58,871 nucleotides of DNA, from positions 1-58,871 of the forward strand of contig CAZJWE010000003.1 in assembly GCA_964549265.1 (NCBI GenBank). Reading direction: 5' to 3'. A model generated the notes under the pieces. The model searched no databases. It saw nothing but the letters and a program-made list of their open reading frames with translations, and was not told the DNA's origin. Below are positions 16,110-26,035 of the stretch, in pieces. Position 1 is the stretch's first letter; every line of letters begins with the position of its first letter. The stretch comes from an uncultured Bacteroidales bacterium (GTDB taxonomy: Bacteria; Bacteroidota; Bacteroidia; Bacteroidales; JBBRXJ01). A program made the translations under genes and the position numbers.

Positions 16110-17399
16110 TTAAAAATTGGAGCTATTGGTCAAATTTTTAAAGTCATCGCCACTGGGATGTTGGAATAATGTAAGATCAAACTGGGGTATAACAGCCATT
16201 AGATGATCAAAAACATCAGCTTGAATCCCTTCATAAACAGCCCAGTTTTGTTCTTTACTGAATGCATAAATTTCGAGGGGAAGCCCTTTTTCTGTTTGTT
16301 GTAATTGTCTTACCATTGCAATAAACGAGCTGCCTTCTCCATGTATTTTCGGATGGTTTCTGATGTATGATTCAATGTATTTTCTAAAAACACCTATATT
16401 GGTCAGCCGCCGCCCATTAAGCATATCACCCTTTTGAAGGTTTTTGGCTTTATTGTCTTCTTCAATTTCAACTCTTTTTTGTCTGATATAATCTGCTATC
16501 AGCTTGATTTTTTCATATTTTTCGAGCATTTCTTCAGTACAAAAACAAATGCTTTTTACATTGATATGTAGCGCCCTTTTAATTCGCCTTCCACCAGATT
16601 CCTTCATCCCCCTCCAATTACTGAACGACTCAGACACCAAAGCATATGTAGGGATTGTGCTGATGGTTTTGTCAAAGTTTCTCACTTTTACTGTGTTCAG
16701 GGTAATCTCAATCACGTCTCCATCTGCACCGTGGCTGGGCATGGTGATCCAATCTCCTAATTTTACCATATTATTGGCTGTTAACTGAATACTGGCTACA
16801 AACCCCAGTATTGTATCTTTGAAAACGAGTAATAATACAGCAGCCATTGCACTCAAGCCGGTCAAAAAGTACAATGGATTTTTATTGAAAATGACAGAAA
16901 GGATTAATATACCGCCAATAAAATACAATCCCAGTTTAAGAATTTGAATAAATCCTTGAATAGAACGGTCTTTTGAAACATCAAGATTCAAATATATTTC
17001 ATGAGCCCCATTAATCAGTGCATCAAACACGGATATTCCAAGCACGATCATATAGATTCCAATGATGGTTTTGATCAGGTGTATTATTTCAGGGTGTCCT
17101 GAAATTAAATCAGATGAAAAAAAAATGACCAAAGCAGGGGCAAAATGTGCCAAGCGGTTAAATAGTTTCCGTTTTAAGAAAATATCATCCCACCATATTT
17201 TACTTTTCTTAACATAATGCGATATAGCAGCTAATAAAAACCTTTTTGCAATAAAATTAGCAAGCAGACTTAAAACGGCAACAATAAATACAACGATAAA
17301 TACAAGCAAATAATCAGAAATACCGGAAGCAACTCCCAGTTGCTGAATCCAATGATTTAAAGCTTTGATCTGATCGTGAAATATATTTATAATTATCAT
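16110..17399 (-). CDS. Mechanosensitive ion channel, MscS family
   Basis: 429 aa with N-terminal TM helices. The MscS core is present ('VFKDTILGFVASIQLTANNMVKLGDWITMPSHGADGDVIEITLNTVKVRNFDKTISTIPTYALVSESFSNW'). Confidence 0.85.
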   Translation of the reverse strand: MIIINIFHDQIKALNHWIQQLGVASGISDYLLVFIVVFIVAVLSLLANFIAKRFLLAAISHYVKKSKIWWDDIFLKRKLFNRLAHFAPALVIFFSSDLISGHPEIIHLIKTIIGIYMIVLGISVFDALINGAHEIYLNLDVSKDRSIQGFIQILKLGLYFIGGILILSVIFNKNPLYFLTGLSAMAAVLLLVFKDTILGFVASIQLTANNMVKLGDWITMPSHGADGDVIEITLNTVKVRNFDKTISTIPTYALVSESFSNWRGMKESGGRRIKRALHINVKSICFCTEEMLEKYEKIKLIADYIRQKRVEIEEDNKAKNLQKGDMLNGRRLTNIGVFRKYIESYIRNHPKIHGEGSSFIAMVRQLQQTEKGLPLEIYAFSKEQNWAVYEGIQADVFDHLMAVIPQFDLTLFQHPSGDDFKNLTNSSNF

Positions 17400-17417
17400 T
17401 TTATAAAAAGACTCTAT

Positions 17418-18791
17418 TTATAGTTCCGGGAAAAAACCCTTATGAATAACATTCAACGCCTTATTCAAATCGCCTTTTGTTATAATGACTGATATGTTTA
17501 ATTCGGAAGACCCTTGGGCTATTCCCACGACATTGATTTGATGGGTTCCCAAAGAATGGAACAAAGATGCCGATATTCCGGGAGTATGCTTCATTCCTTC
17601 ACCAACAACGGCAATAATAGATAAATGCGGTTCGATATCAAGTTGAATATCTTTGTCCAGTTCCATTTCTTTGTAAAATTCTTTTGCAATGCCTTTTTGT
17701 GCTTTATCTGTATCTGTCGGATCAATGGCAAAACTGATTGAATGCTCAGATGAAGCCTGGGTGATCATAATAATATTAATCTCACGGTCAGCCAACACAC
17801 CAAACAAACGACTTGCAATACCAGGTACTCCAGCCATCCCGGAACCCTGTAATGTCAACATAGCCACATCATCTATAGATGATATTCCTTTTATCAAGGC
17901 TTCTTTGCCGGTGTCTCCTTTTCTGCTGATGACAGTGCCTTTTGAATTGGGGTTGAATGTGTTTTTAATGACCACAGGTATATTTTTCAGATATACCGGA
18001 CGTATTGTGGGAGTGTAAATCACTTTTGCACCAAAATGAGAAAGTTCCATTGCCTCGGCATAACTAAGCTGCTCAACAGCAAAAGCACCTTCTACTATTT
18101 TAGGATTGGCTGTTAATACTCCGTCTACATCTGTCCATATCTCAAGGACATCGGCATTTAAACAGGAAGCAATAATGGCCGCTGTATAATCAGACCCTCC
18201 TCTTCCGAGTGTCGTGGTTTCCCCCTCTTCATCAGAAGCGATAAATCCGGGTAAAATAAATGTCTTGCTACCTCCTTCCAGTTTTTTCTGAATAATGTTG
18301 TTTGTTATTTCAAAATTCACATTGGCTTTACCAAAATGATTATCTGTGATGATCACTTTTCTTGAGTCAATGAAAAACCCTTCGTCAATGATTTCTCCTA
18401 TGATATATGCAGAAAGTAATTCGCCAAAGCTTAACACATGGTCAGATATTTTATTTGTGACCTCTTTAAGAAAATAAATGCCATTCAACATATTGGCCAG
18501 TTCTTCAAAAGACTTATCAATATTTCGTTTCATAGAATCCTGGTGGCCCTTGTTGGGCATAAGTGCTTCAATGGCTTCATGATGGCGATTAATCATTGAC
18601 TGCAACTCTTCTTTATAACTATCATTCCGCTGCTTTGCCAACGACAACATCCGCATAAGCTGATCTGTAACACCTTTAAAAGCAGATACCACTACAATTG
18701 AATTTTGTGGCTGACTTTCAACTATTTCTTTAACTTTCTCTATCATTTCAGGACTTCCAACAGAAGTTCCTCCAAATTTTAATACCTTCAT
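17418..18791 (-). CDS. lysC: Aspartate kinase
   Basis: 457 aa. 'MKVLKFGGTSVG' marks the amino-acid kinase fold. 'GRGGSDYTAAI' is present, and there are two C-terminal ACT domains. Confidence 0.9.
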   Translation of the reverse strand: MKVLKFGGTSVGSPEMIEKVKEIVESQPQNSIVVVSAFKGVTDQLMRMLSLAKQRNDSYKEELQSMINRHHEAIEALMPNKGHQDSMKRNIDKSFEELANMLNGIYFLKEVTNKISDHVLSFGELLSAYIIGEIIDEGFFIDSRKVIITDNHFGKANVNFEITNNIIQKKLEGGSKTFILPGFIASDEEGETTTLGRGGSDYTAAIIASCLNADVLEIWTDVDGVLTANPKIVEGAFAVEQLSYAEAMELSHFGAKVIYTPTIRPVYLKNIPVVIKNTFNPNSKGTVISRKGDTGKEALIKGISSIDDVAMLTLQGSGMAGVPGIASRLFGVLADREINIIMITQASSEHSISFAIDPTDTDKAQKGIAKEFYKEMELDKDIQLDIEPHLSIIAVVGEGMKHTPGISASLFHSLGTHQINVVGIAQGSSELNISVIITKGDLNKALNVIHKGFFPEL

Positions 18792-18927
18792 CCGTTTATT
18801 TTAGTTTATAATTTTTTATTGTTTTACAATATAAATTTGCGTTTATTGGATGTGCGTTGTTAGAATTATAAGAATGTTCCTTACTCATCTCTCATCTCAA
18901 TACTCACACCCCATTAACAATTAACAA

Positions 18928-19803
18928 TTATTCTTGAATTCCTTCAGCTTGTGCTTGTCTGTTTATTTTTTTAATTAATCCCTGCAATACATTTCCCGGC
19001 CCGACCTCTGTAAACGATTCAGCTCCATCGTTAATCATATTTTGTATGGTTTGTGTCCATAATACAGGATGGTCAAGTTGGGTGATCAGATTATGTTTGA
19101 TGGTTTCAGGGGCTGTTGAAGGTTTTGCATTTACATTTTGATATACAGGGCAAACAGGTTTGTTGAATGATGTCTGGTGAATGACTTCCTCCAGTTCTTT
19201 CCTGGCAGGTTCCATTAATGATGAATGAAATCCTCCTCCTACTTTGAGTTTCAATGCACGCTTAGCTCCTTTTTCTTTCAATATTTCTATAGCCTGGTCT
19301 ACCCCTTCGTGTGTACCGGAAATAACAATCTGGCCCGGACTATTATAATTTGCCGGAATCACGACAGCATCTATAGTTTGACATACTTCTTCTACAATAT
19401 TGTCATCCATTCCCAGTATAGCAGCCATTCCGGAGGGGTTTTCCTCACATGCTTTTTGCATGGCTTGTGCACGTTTAGCAACCAACATGACCCCGTCTTC
19501 AAATGATAAGACTCCACTGGAAGCCAGTGCCGAAAATTCTCCAAGAGAATGGCCGGCAACCATTCCGGGTTGAATGGCCTTTACTTTAGCTAATGTTACA
19601 GAATGTATAAAAATGGCCGGCTGTGTTACATTGGTTTGTTTCAAATCATCATCTGTTCCGTCAAACATGATGTCTGTAATAGAAAAACCTAATAGCTGAT
19701 TGGCCTTTGCAAAGTAGTCTTTTGCCAAATCAGAATTGTCAAATAATGACTTTCCCATTCCCGGGTGTTGAGCACCCTGCCCTGGAAATACATATGCATT
19801 CAT
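18928..19803 (-). CDS. fabD: Malonyl-CoA:ACP transacylase
   Basis: 291 aa. 'FPGQGAQ', the active-site 'GHSLGEFSAL' and 'VGPGNVL' motifs are present. Confidence 0.93.
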   Translation of the reverse strand: MNAYVFPGQGAQHPGMGKSLFDNSDLAKDYFAKANQLLGFSITDIMFDGTDDDLKQTNVTQPAIFIHSVTLAKVKAIQPGMVAGHSLGEFSALASSGVLSFEDGVMLVAKRAQAMQKACEENPSGMAAILGMDDNIVEEVCQTIDAVVIPANYNSPGQIVISGTHEGVDQAIEILKEKGAKRALKLKVGGGFHSSLMEPARKELEEVIHQTSFNKPVCPVYQNVNAKPSTAPETIKHNLITQLDHPVLWTQTIQNMINDGAESFTEVGPGNVLQGLIKKINRQAQAEGIQE

Positions 19804-20220
19804 AAAATGTATATTTTAAAATTTGACTTGCAAAAATAGGAAATCTAAGATAATATTCTATGCTTTTTGGATTTATATTTTTTAGGTGCTACTGCAAAAT
19901 TAAATTAAGTTGAGCGAGTGATTGAGTTGATTCGGTAAGTTGATAATCTGTCCTTTTTTTTTAGAAGTTGAGAAGATAGAATTGTAGAATTTAGAAGGGG
20001 AATTCGTTGATTTAGTTTAGTTATTGAGTCGTTGAGTGTGTTAACATTAACCATTCATAATTAATTGTTAATTATGTTTGAGTGTGAATGTTGTGGGGCA
20101 TGGTGCCCCCCCCGAGACTGAATTCTTTAAAAACCTGCTCGCATAAAACCATGGACGGTTCATCTGTTTATTTTTTAATGGTCAGATGGAGCTCGCCATG
20201 AGTTTAATCTATTGACTTTA

Positions 20221-20290
20221 TGCAACATAATCAAATCCTTAATAATCATGCTCGTGTTAGTCAAAATTTTTTGTCATGGCTCGGTTCATA
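20221..20290 (+). repeat. Intergenic repeat family A, copy 2
   Basis: The sequence is 'tgcaacataatcaaatccttaataatcatgctcgtgttagtcaaaattttttgtcatggctcggttcata'. A related half-unit ('ccatggacggttcatctgttt') lies about 120 nt upstream at ~20150-20175. Confidence 0.8.
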
Positions 20291-20314
20291 TTTGTTTTGT
20301 TACATCAAACTTAT

Positions 20315-20322
20315 TATGTTTG
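20315..20322 (+). promoter_or_regulatory. Bacteroidota -7 box candidate (TAtgTTTG) upstream of the HAD hydrolase gene
   Basis: The motif was read at 20315-20322, 23 nt before the ATG at 20346 and just downstream of repeat copy A2. Confidence 0.35.
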
Positions 20323-20345
20323 CAGTCTAAACATGGTTTCTCAAT

Positions 20346-21044
20346 ATGAATAAAACAAAAACATACAAACACCTTTTCTTTGATTTGGATAAAACGATAT
20401 GGGATTTTAATACCAATGTATATAATACCTTTCATATTCTTTTTGAACAATTTAAAATCCACGAGTATTGTCAACTATCTGATTTCGTAAAAGTTTACAA
20501 CAAGCATAATGAAAGGCTCTGGCGGGAATTCAGAAAAGGAAACATCCGGAAGGAACGGCTCAGAACCAAGCGTTTTATGTTAGTATTTAAAGAGATTGGG
20601 ATTAATAACATGCAACTGGCACAGGAAATAGGGGATATTTATATTGAAATGGTTGTCCGGCAAAAAGCCCTGTTGCCTGGGGCGCAAACTATTTTGGAGT
20701 ACCTTTCCCGGCATTATACCTTGCATATCATTACCAATGGGTTTGAACAGGTGCAGATGAAAAAGATCAACAATAGTGGGCTTACCGGGTATTTTACATC
20801 CATTACGACATCTGATTCAACAAAACATAAAAAACCTGCCCCGGGAATTTTTCATCATGCCTTAACCCTGGCCAATGCAGGCACACACGAATCATTGATG
20901 ATTGGTGATGATCTGGAAGCAGACATCATTGGTGCACGAAAATGTAAAATTGACCAGGTGTATTTTAATCCAGATAAAATTCCACATAAAAAGAATATCA
21001 CGTATGAGATTGCGTGTTTGGATGAGTTAAAGGAGTTGCTCTGA
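20346..21044 (+). CDS. HAD-superfamily hydrolase, YjjG-like nucleotidase subgroup
   Basis: 232 aa. HAD motif I is 'FFDLDKTIWDF', motif II is 'IITNG' and motif IV is 'MIGDDLEADIIGA'. A helical cap domain is present. Confidence 0.75.
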   Translation: MNKTKTYKHLFFDLDKTIWDFNTNVYNTFHILFEQFKIHEYCQLSDFVKVYNKHNERLWREFRKGNIRKERLRTKRFMLVFKEIGINNMQLAQEIGDIYIEMVVRQKALLPGAQTILEYLSRHYTLHIITNGFEQVQMKKINNSGLTGYFTSITTSDSTKHKKPAPGIFHHALTLANAGTHESLMIGDDLEADIIGARKCKIDQVYFNPDKIPHKKNITYEIACLDELKELL

Positions 21045-21050
21045 CTCAAA

Positions 21051-22601
21051 TTAAAAAGGAGCTTCATCTTCATTATTGAAATCAAAACCTTTGCCCATTT
21101 CAAAAGCCTCATTGGCATCATCAACTCCGGGATCAGCTTCATCATTCATTTTTGAACCATAAGTAACCCCTCCTGTCCCATTGCTTTCGTCGTTTGGCAT
21201 TGAGAAATCCTGTGTATCCAGTTCCGTGAATTTAGCAAATTGATCCCTGAATTTAAGCTGAACATCACCTAATGGGCCGTTCCGGTGTTTTGCAATAATG
21301 ATTTCAGCAATGTCTTTTAACGAATTGCCTTCCTCATCTTCTATGAATCCATATTTTTCCGGCCTGTGTATAAATAATACCAAATCAGCATCCTGTTCAA
21401 TGGCTCCGGATTCGCGAAGGTCTGATAATTGTGGACGTTTGTTGCCAGATCGCATTTCTACAGAACGGTTTAACTGAGATAGTGCAATGATTGGGACATC
21501 CAGCTCTTTTGCAATGGCTTTGAGTGATCTGGATATCACACTGACTTCCTGCTCCCTGTTGCCTCTGGCATCACCGGGGCCTGTCATAAGCTGAAGATAA
21601 TCAACAAATATGGCCTGGATATCATGATTGGCTTTGAGCCTTCTGCATTTGGCCCTGAATTCAAATATTGATAATGCGGGTGTATCATCAATATAAAGAG
21701 GAACATTGTCTAAATTTTTAATTTTGTATGTTAATTGTTCCCACTCATATTTTTTTAGGTTTCCATTTCTAATTCGATCAGAAGCAAGTTCTGTTTCAGA
21801 GACGATTAAACGATTTACTAACTGAATTGAAGACATCTCCAATGAGAATATAGCGACTGATTGTTTGTGTTCAACAGTCATATTCCTCGCCATCGAAAGA
21901 ATGAAAGCTGTTTTCCCCATAGACGGCCTGGCTGCTAAAATCACAAGGTCAGATTTTTGCCAACCTGAGGTAATTCTGTCGAGGCTTGTAAAACCAGAGG
22001 GCACACCACTCAAATGCCCCTCTTTCTGACTTGCTTCCTCGATTTGCTTTATAGCTTCCTGTATGAGTACATTCAGTTTTGATGTTTCTTTATTGATATT
22101 GCCCTCTGCTATAGCAAAAAGCTGTTGTTCCGAAAAATCCAACAGATCATCTACATCAATACTCTCATCATAAGCCCTGGTCTGGATTTCTGTGGAAGCC
22201 CTAATAAGTTCGCGTTGAATATGTTTCTGTGCTACAATGTGAGCATGGTATTCGAGATTGGCAGCAGATGCAACCCTGCTTGTTAATTGAGTAATATAAA
22301 ATGGCCCTCCAACTTCATCCAATTCCTTTGACTTACGCATCTCTTCTGTAACAGTAAGAATATCAACGGGTTTATGTTCTGAGGCAAGGTTAAGTATGGT
22401 CGCATAAATCTTTTGATGTGCTTCTGTGTAAAAACTTTCGGGCTTAAGAATATCCATTACCGTGATAATGGCATCTTTTTCAAGCATGACTGCACCCAAT
22501 ATTGCTTCTTCAAGATCAGTAGCCTGTGGAGGCATTTTTCCATAATCAATATCCACAGAAGTAATTCGTCTTGCGTTTTGAGAGTTGTTTTTTCCTGCCA
22601 T
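21051..22601 (-). CDS. dnaB: Replicative DNA helicase
   Basis: 516 aa. The DnaB N-terminal domain is present ('PPQATDLEEAILGAVML'). Walker A is 'ARPSMGKTAF', and 'DYLQLM' is present. There is an acidic C-terminal extension. Confidence 0.95.
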   Translation of the reverse strand: MAGKNNSQNARRITSVDIDYGKMPPQATDLEEAILGAVMLEKDAIITVMDILKPESFYTEAHQKIYATILNLASEHKPVDILTVTEEMRKSKELDEVGGPFYITQLTSRVASAANLEYHAHIVAQKHIQRELIRASTEIQTRAYDESIDVDDLLDFSEQQLFAIAEGNINKETSKLNVLIQEAIKQIEEASQKEGHLSGVPSGFTSLDRITSGWQKSDLVILAARPSMGKTAFILSMARNMTVEHKQSVAIFSLEMSSIQLVNRLIVSETELASDRIRNGNLKKYEWEQLTYKIKNLDNVPLYIDDTPALSIFEFRAKCRRLKANHDIQAIFVDYLQLMTGPGDARGNREQEVSVISRSLKAIAKELDVPIIALSQLNRSVEMRSGNKRPQLSDLRESGAIEQDADLVLFIHRPEKYGFIEDEEGNSLKDIAEIIIAKHRNGPLGDVQLKFRDQFAKFTELDTQDFSMPNDESNGTGGVTYGSKMNDEADPGVDDANEAFEMGKGFDFNNEDEAPF

Positions 22602-22894
22602 AAATCAATGCTATTTTTTTAAATATCAATCTAATTTACAAATCTATATATATTGTTAAAGATGGGTAGTACAATTTATTTTTGGGTTTTCAAATTTAGC
22701 CATTACAACAACATATTTTAAAGCTATTCTGTTTTTTATTTCTACACCGGATGGTGTTGATAAATTGTTGATAAATTTCTTTCTACAAACAGAGAAGTAA
22801 TAAATAATACTTTTTTAGGTTCTTTGTATATGATAGTACCTTAACCTTAATTTGTGTTTGACCATTCATGTACAATTTATCATGAAATTAATAT

Positions 22895-22902
22895 TATATT
22901 TG
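22895..22902 (+). promoter_or_regulatory. Bacteroidota -7 box candidate (TAtaTTTG) upstream of ispE
   Basis: The motif was read at 22895-22902, 16 nt before the ATG. This would give a very short leader. Confidence 0.35.
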
Positions 22903-22918
22903 CACAAAATGCATTGAT

Positions 22919-23737
22919 ATGATCTATTTCCCAAATGCCAAGATCAACATTGGGTTGAATATTATTGAAAAAAGAAATGATGGTTTTCATACCATTGAGA
23001 CTGTTTTATATCCTGTAAAATGGTCTGATATTGCTGAAATCACAATCAACAAACAATCCACTCCCTCATTTAATCAGACAGGCATTCCTCTGGATATAAA
23101 TGACAACAAAGATAATTTATGTTACAAAGCATATTTATTGCTAAAAAAAGATTATCCGCTACCTTCTGTACAATTTCATTTACATAAAATTATTCCTGTT
23201 GGTGCCGGATTGGGAGGAGGGTCATCAGATGCTGCATATACATTGTATTATCTGAATGATTACTTTAATCTTAATCTCTCCCCTCAACAGTTAGTAAATT
23301 ATGCAGAAATACTCGGGAGTGACTGTCCATTTTTCATTCATAATAAACCAATGTTTGCAACTGAAAAAGGGAACCGGTTACGGAATATTGAACTGGATTT
23401 ACAAAATTATTACATTGTGATTGTCTATCCTGATCTCTATATTTCTACAAATGAAGCATATTCGGGCATTATACCCCAAAAAAACAAAGATTCATTAGAA
23501 GAATTAATCCTTTCTCCCGTATGTGAATGGCGAAATAGTATTAAAAATGATTTTGAGACGTTGATTTTTAAGAAATATCCTGATATAGAGCGCATAAAAA
23601 ATGAATTATACCTGCATGGAGCACTTTATGCGTCTATGACCGGGAGTGGTTCGTCTGTATATGGCATTTTTAATTCGTTAAAAAAACCGGGATTAAATTT
23701 CCCAGAACATTACCATGTATGGCAAGGGCCGTTATAA
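22919..23737 (+). CDS. ispE: 4-diphosphocytidyl-2-C-methyl-D-erythritol kinase
   Basis: 272 aa. The GHMP kinase motif 'PVGAGLGGGSSDAA' is present. The N-terminus 'AKINIGLNI' is typical of IspE. Confidence 0.9.
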   Translation: MIYFPNAKINIGLNIIEKRNDGFHTIETVLYPVKWSDIAEITINKQSTPSFNQTGIPLDINDNKDNLCYKAYLLLKKDYPLPSVQFHLHKIIPVGAGLGGGSSDAAYTLYYLNDYFNLNLSPQQLVNYAEILGSDCPFFIHNKPMFATEKGNRLRNIELDLQNYYIVIVYPDLYISTNEAYSGIIPQKNKDSLEELILSPVCEWRNSIKNDFETLIFKKYPDIERIKNELYLHGALYASMTGSGSSVYGIFNSLKKPGLNFPEHYHVWQGPL

Positions 23738-23747
23738 TGAATGATAG

Positions 23748-24845
23748 TTATTTAGGTGCCACACGATAAAGATAAAAAGCAATAAATGTATATAAAATAT
23801 TAGGGATCCAAACAGCAATAACAGGGTTGAGGTTTCCTCCAATGGCAAATTGTGCAGAAAACTGCATAAACAAAATATAAGAGAATGAAGCCAACAACCC
23901 AATACCCAGTTGCGACCCCATTCCTCCTCTAATTTTCCGGGATGACACGGACACTCCAATCACAGTAAGGATGATTGTTGAGAAGGAATAAGCAAATCGC
24001 TTGTTTTTTTCAATGATAGTGGCTTTAACATTCCCCACCCCCTGGAGTCTTTGTTCATCTATATAGTCATTCAATTCATTCAATGTCATTGTTTGGATAA
24101 TATTTGACCTGCGTTTAAAATCTGAAGGATTCATATTCAGTATCGTGTCCATCTTTTTACCTTTTTTAATCACTTCTTCTCCATTTTCCCGGATGTATCG
24201 TATATAATAATTCCGGATAATCCACTTTTCCTTTTCTTCATCCCATTTTATATAATCTGATAGCAATTTACTTTTGAGTGTTCCGTCTTTAAATTCCTCC
24301 ATAGAAAAATTTTGTCCGATGTCTGTACGGTTATTATAGCTGTACATATATATATACAATCCCGGTTCTATTTGTTTATGCACGTTCCGCTGGTTAAATG
24401 ACGGTGGACGTCCGTGATAATAGGTGTCTTCAAACCGCATTCGGATTTCTGTTGCTTCCGGGACGACATATTGATTCATATAAACTGTTAAAGATGTAAT
24501 GATAAGCGCTGAAATCATATAAGGACGTAATAATCTGTTAAAACTGATTCCATTACTCAAAATAGCAATAATTTCAGTATTGTATGCCATTTTAGAGGTA
24601 AAAAAGACTACAGAAATAAAAACAAAAAATGAGCTGAATAAAACGGCGAGATATGGGATGTAATTAGGATAATATACAGTGAATATTTTATACAAAGGAG
24701 TATCATTTTGCATAAAATTATCAATTTTCTCGGAAAAGTCGAATACTACAGCAATGGCAACGATCAGTGTAAGAGCCAGAAAGAATGTTCCAAGAAACTT
24801 TTTGATTATATAAATATCAAGTTTTTTTAATTTGTTTTGAATCAT
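23748..24845 (-). CDS. LptF/LptG family LPS export permease
   Basis: 365 aa. The N-terminus 'LDIYIIKKFLGTFFLALTLIVAIAVVFD' matches the YjgP/YjgQ family. The topology is 6 TM with a periplasmic beta-jellyroll insert. Confidence 0.85.
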   Translation of the reverse strand: MIQNKLKKLDIYIIKKFLGTFFLALTLIVAIAVVFDFSEKIDNFMQNDTPLYKIFTVYYPNYIPYLAVLFSSFFVFISVVFFTSKMAYNTEIIAILSNGISFNRLLRPYMISALIITSLTVYMNQYVVPEATEIRMRFEDTYYHGRPPSFNQRNVHKQIEPGLYIYMYSYNNRTDIGQNFSMEEFKDGTLKSKLLSDYIKWDEEKEKWIIRNYYIRYIRENGEEVIKKGKKMDTILNMNPSDFKRRSNIIQTMTLNELNDYIDEQRLQGVGNVKATIIEKNKRFAYSFSTIILTVIGVSVSSRKIRGGMGSQLGIGLLASFSYILFMQFSAQFAIGGNLNPVIAVWIPNILYTFIAFYLYRVAPK

Positions 24846-25972
24846 AATTTTCGATCGAGCTGATAAATAATTTTTTCTTTCCAGATTTTAAATACTCCCT
24901 CATTAATCTTGTTGCGAGCTTCCTGCATTAACCACATATAAAAGCCAAGATTGTGCAGTGAAGCAATTTGGGCTCCCAAAATTTCTTTACTAACGATTAA
25001 ATGACGTAAATATGATTTGGAGTATGCTGTATCCACAAATACATTCCCTTCCGGATCAACAGGGGAATAATCATGCATCCATTTTTGATTTTTAATATTG
25101 ATTATTCCATTTTTCGTAAAAAGCATTCCATTGCGTCCGTTTCGTGTAGGCATAACACAATCAAACATATCCACTCCCCGATCAATGGCTTCAAGAATAT
25201 TTACAGGGGTTCCTACGCCCATTAAATAGCGTGGCTTAGCTTTTGGGAGTATTTCATTCACAACTTCAATCATCCTGTACATGTCTTCAGCAGATTCTCC
25301 AACCGACAACCCGCCTATTGCATTTCCTTCGAGGTCATGTGATGCGATTGCTTCAGCAGATTTTTTTCTCAGGTCTTCAAAAACACTGCCCTGCACAATA
25401 GGAAAAAACGTTTGATACCCATCATACAGATGATGTGTTGTTTTAAATTGTTGCACCCCTCTTTCCAACCAATGATGGGTGAGTTCCATGGAGGTTTCGG
25501 CTTCTTTTTTACTACATGGGTATGAAGTACACTCATCCAAAGCCATAATGATATCCGCTCCAATTTCGCGCTGGGTATCCACCACATTTTCAGGAGTAAA
25601 TACATGCTTTGAACCATCTATATGTGATTGAAAGGTAACCCCTTCCATGTTAAGCTTTCTTTTTTCTGAAAGTGAAAAAACCTGGTAACCCCCGCTATCT
25701 GTTAATATATTCCCATTCCATCCTATGAATTTATGCAAACCTCCTGCTTGTTTAATCACTTCTGTACCCGGCCTCAAAAAAAGATGATATGTATTTCCGA
25801 GGATGATGGAAGCACTGATGTCGTCTTTTAATTCACGCTGATGAACAGCTTTTACTGACCCCAGTGTACCAACCGGCATGAATACAGGTGTTAAAATCGT
25901 TCCGTGAGAGGTTGTGATTTTTCCTGTCCTGGCATCTGAATTGTTATTATGTTGTATGATCTCGAATATCAT
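24842..25972 (-). CDS. tgt: tRNA-guanine(34) transglycosylase (queuine tRNA-ribosyltransferase)
   Basis: 376 aa. 'ARTGKITTSHGTILTPVFMPVGT', 'LTDSGGYQV' and zinc-site region motifs are present. The stop overlaps the lptF/G-like start as ATGA. Confidence 0.95.
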   Translation of the reverse strand: MIFEIIQHNNNSDARTGKITTSHGTILTPVFMPVGTLGSVKAVHQRELKDDISASIILGNTYHLFLRPGTEVIKQAGGLHKFIGWNGNILTDSGGYQVFSLSEKRKLNMEGVTFQSHIDGSKHVFTPENVVDTQREIGADIIMALDECTSYPCSKKEAETSMELTHHWLERGVQQFKTTHHLYDGYQTFFPIVQGSVFEDLRKKSAEAIASHDLEGNAIGGLSVGESAEDMYRMIEVVNEILPKAKPRYLMGVGTPVNILEAIDRGVDMFDCVMPTRNGRNGMLFTKNGIINIKNQKWMHDYSPVDPEGNVFVDTAYSKSYLRHLIVSKEILGAQIASLHNLGFYMWLMQEARNKINEGVFKIWKEKIIYQLDRKL

Positions 25973-26035
25973 AATTGGGTTCTTACTACAATTTCAAGTG
26001 TTTAAATTATAATGTCCGGTCACGATGCTTACAAA

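Noticed and set aside
21045-21050. Very short convergent spacers with no terminator hairpin (HAD/dnaB, 6 nt; ispE/lptFG-like at 23738-23747, 10 nt).
   Set aside because: Compact convergent gene ends are common in bacterial genomes. There is nothing further to support a special feature.
22602-22918. A possible replication origin next to dnaB, given the AT-rich 317-bp spacer with direct repeats.
   Set aside because: There are no TTATCCACA/TGTGGATAA-type DnaA boxes, and neither dnaA nor dnaN is nearby. The direct repeat matches the family B core instead.
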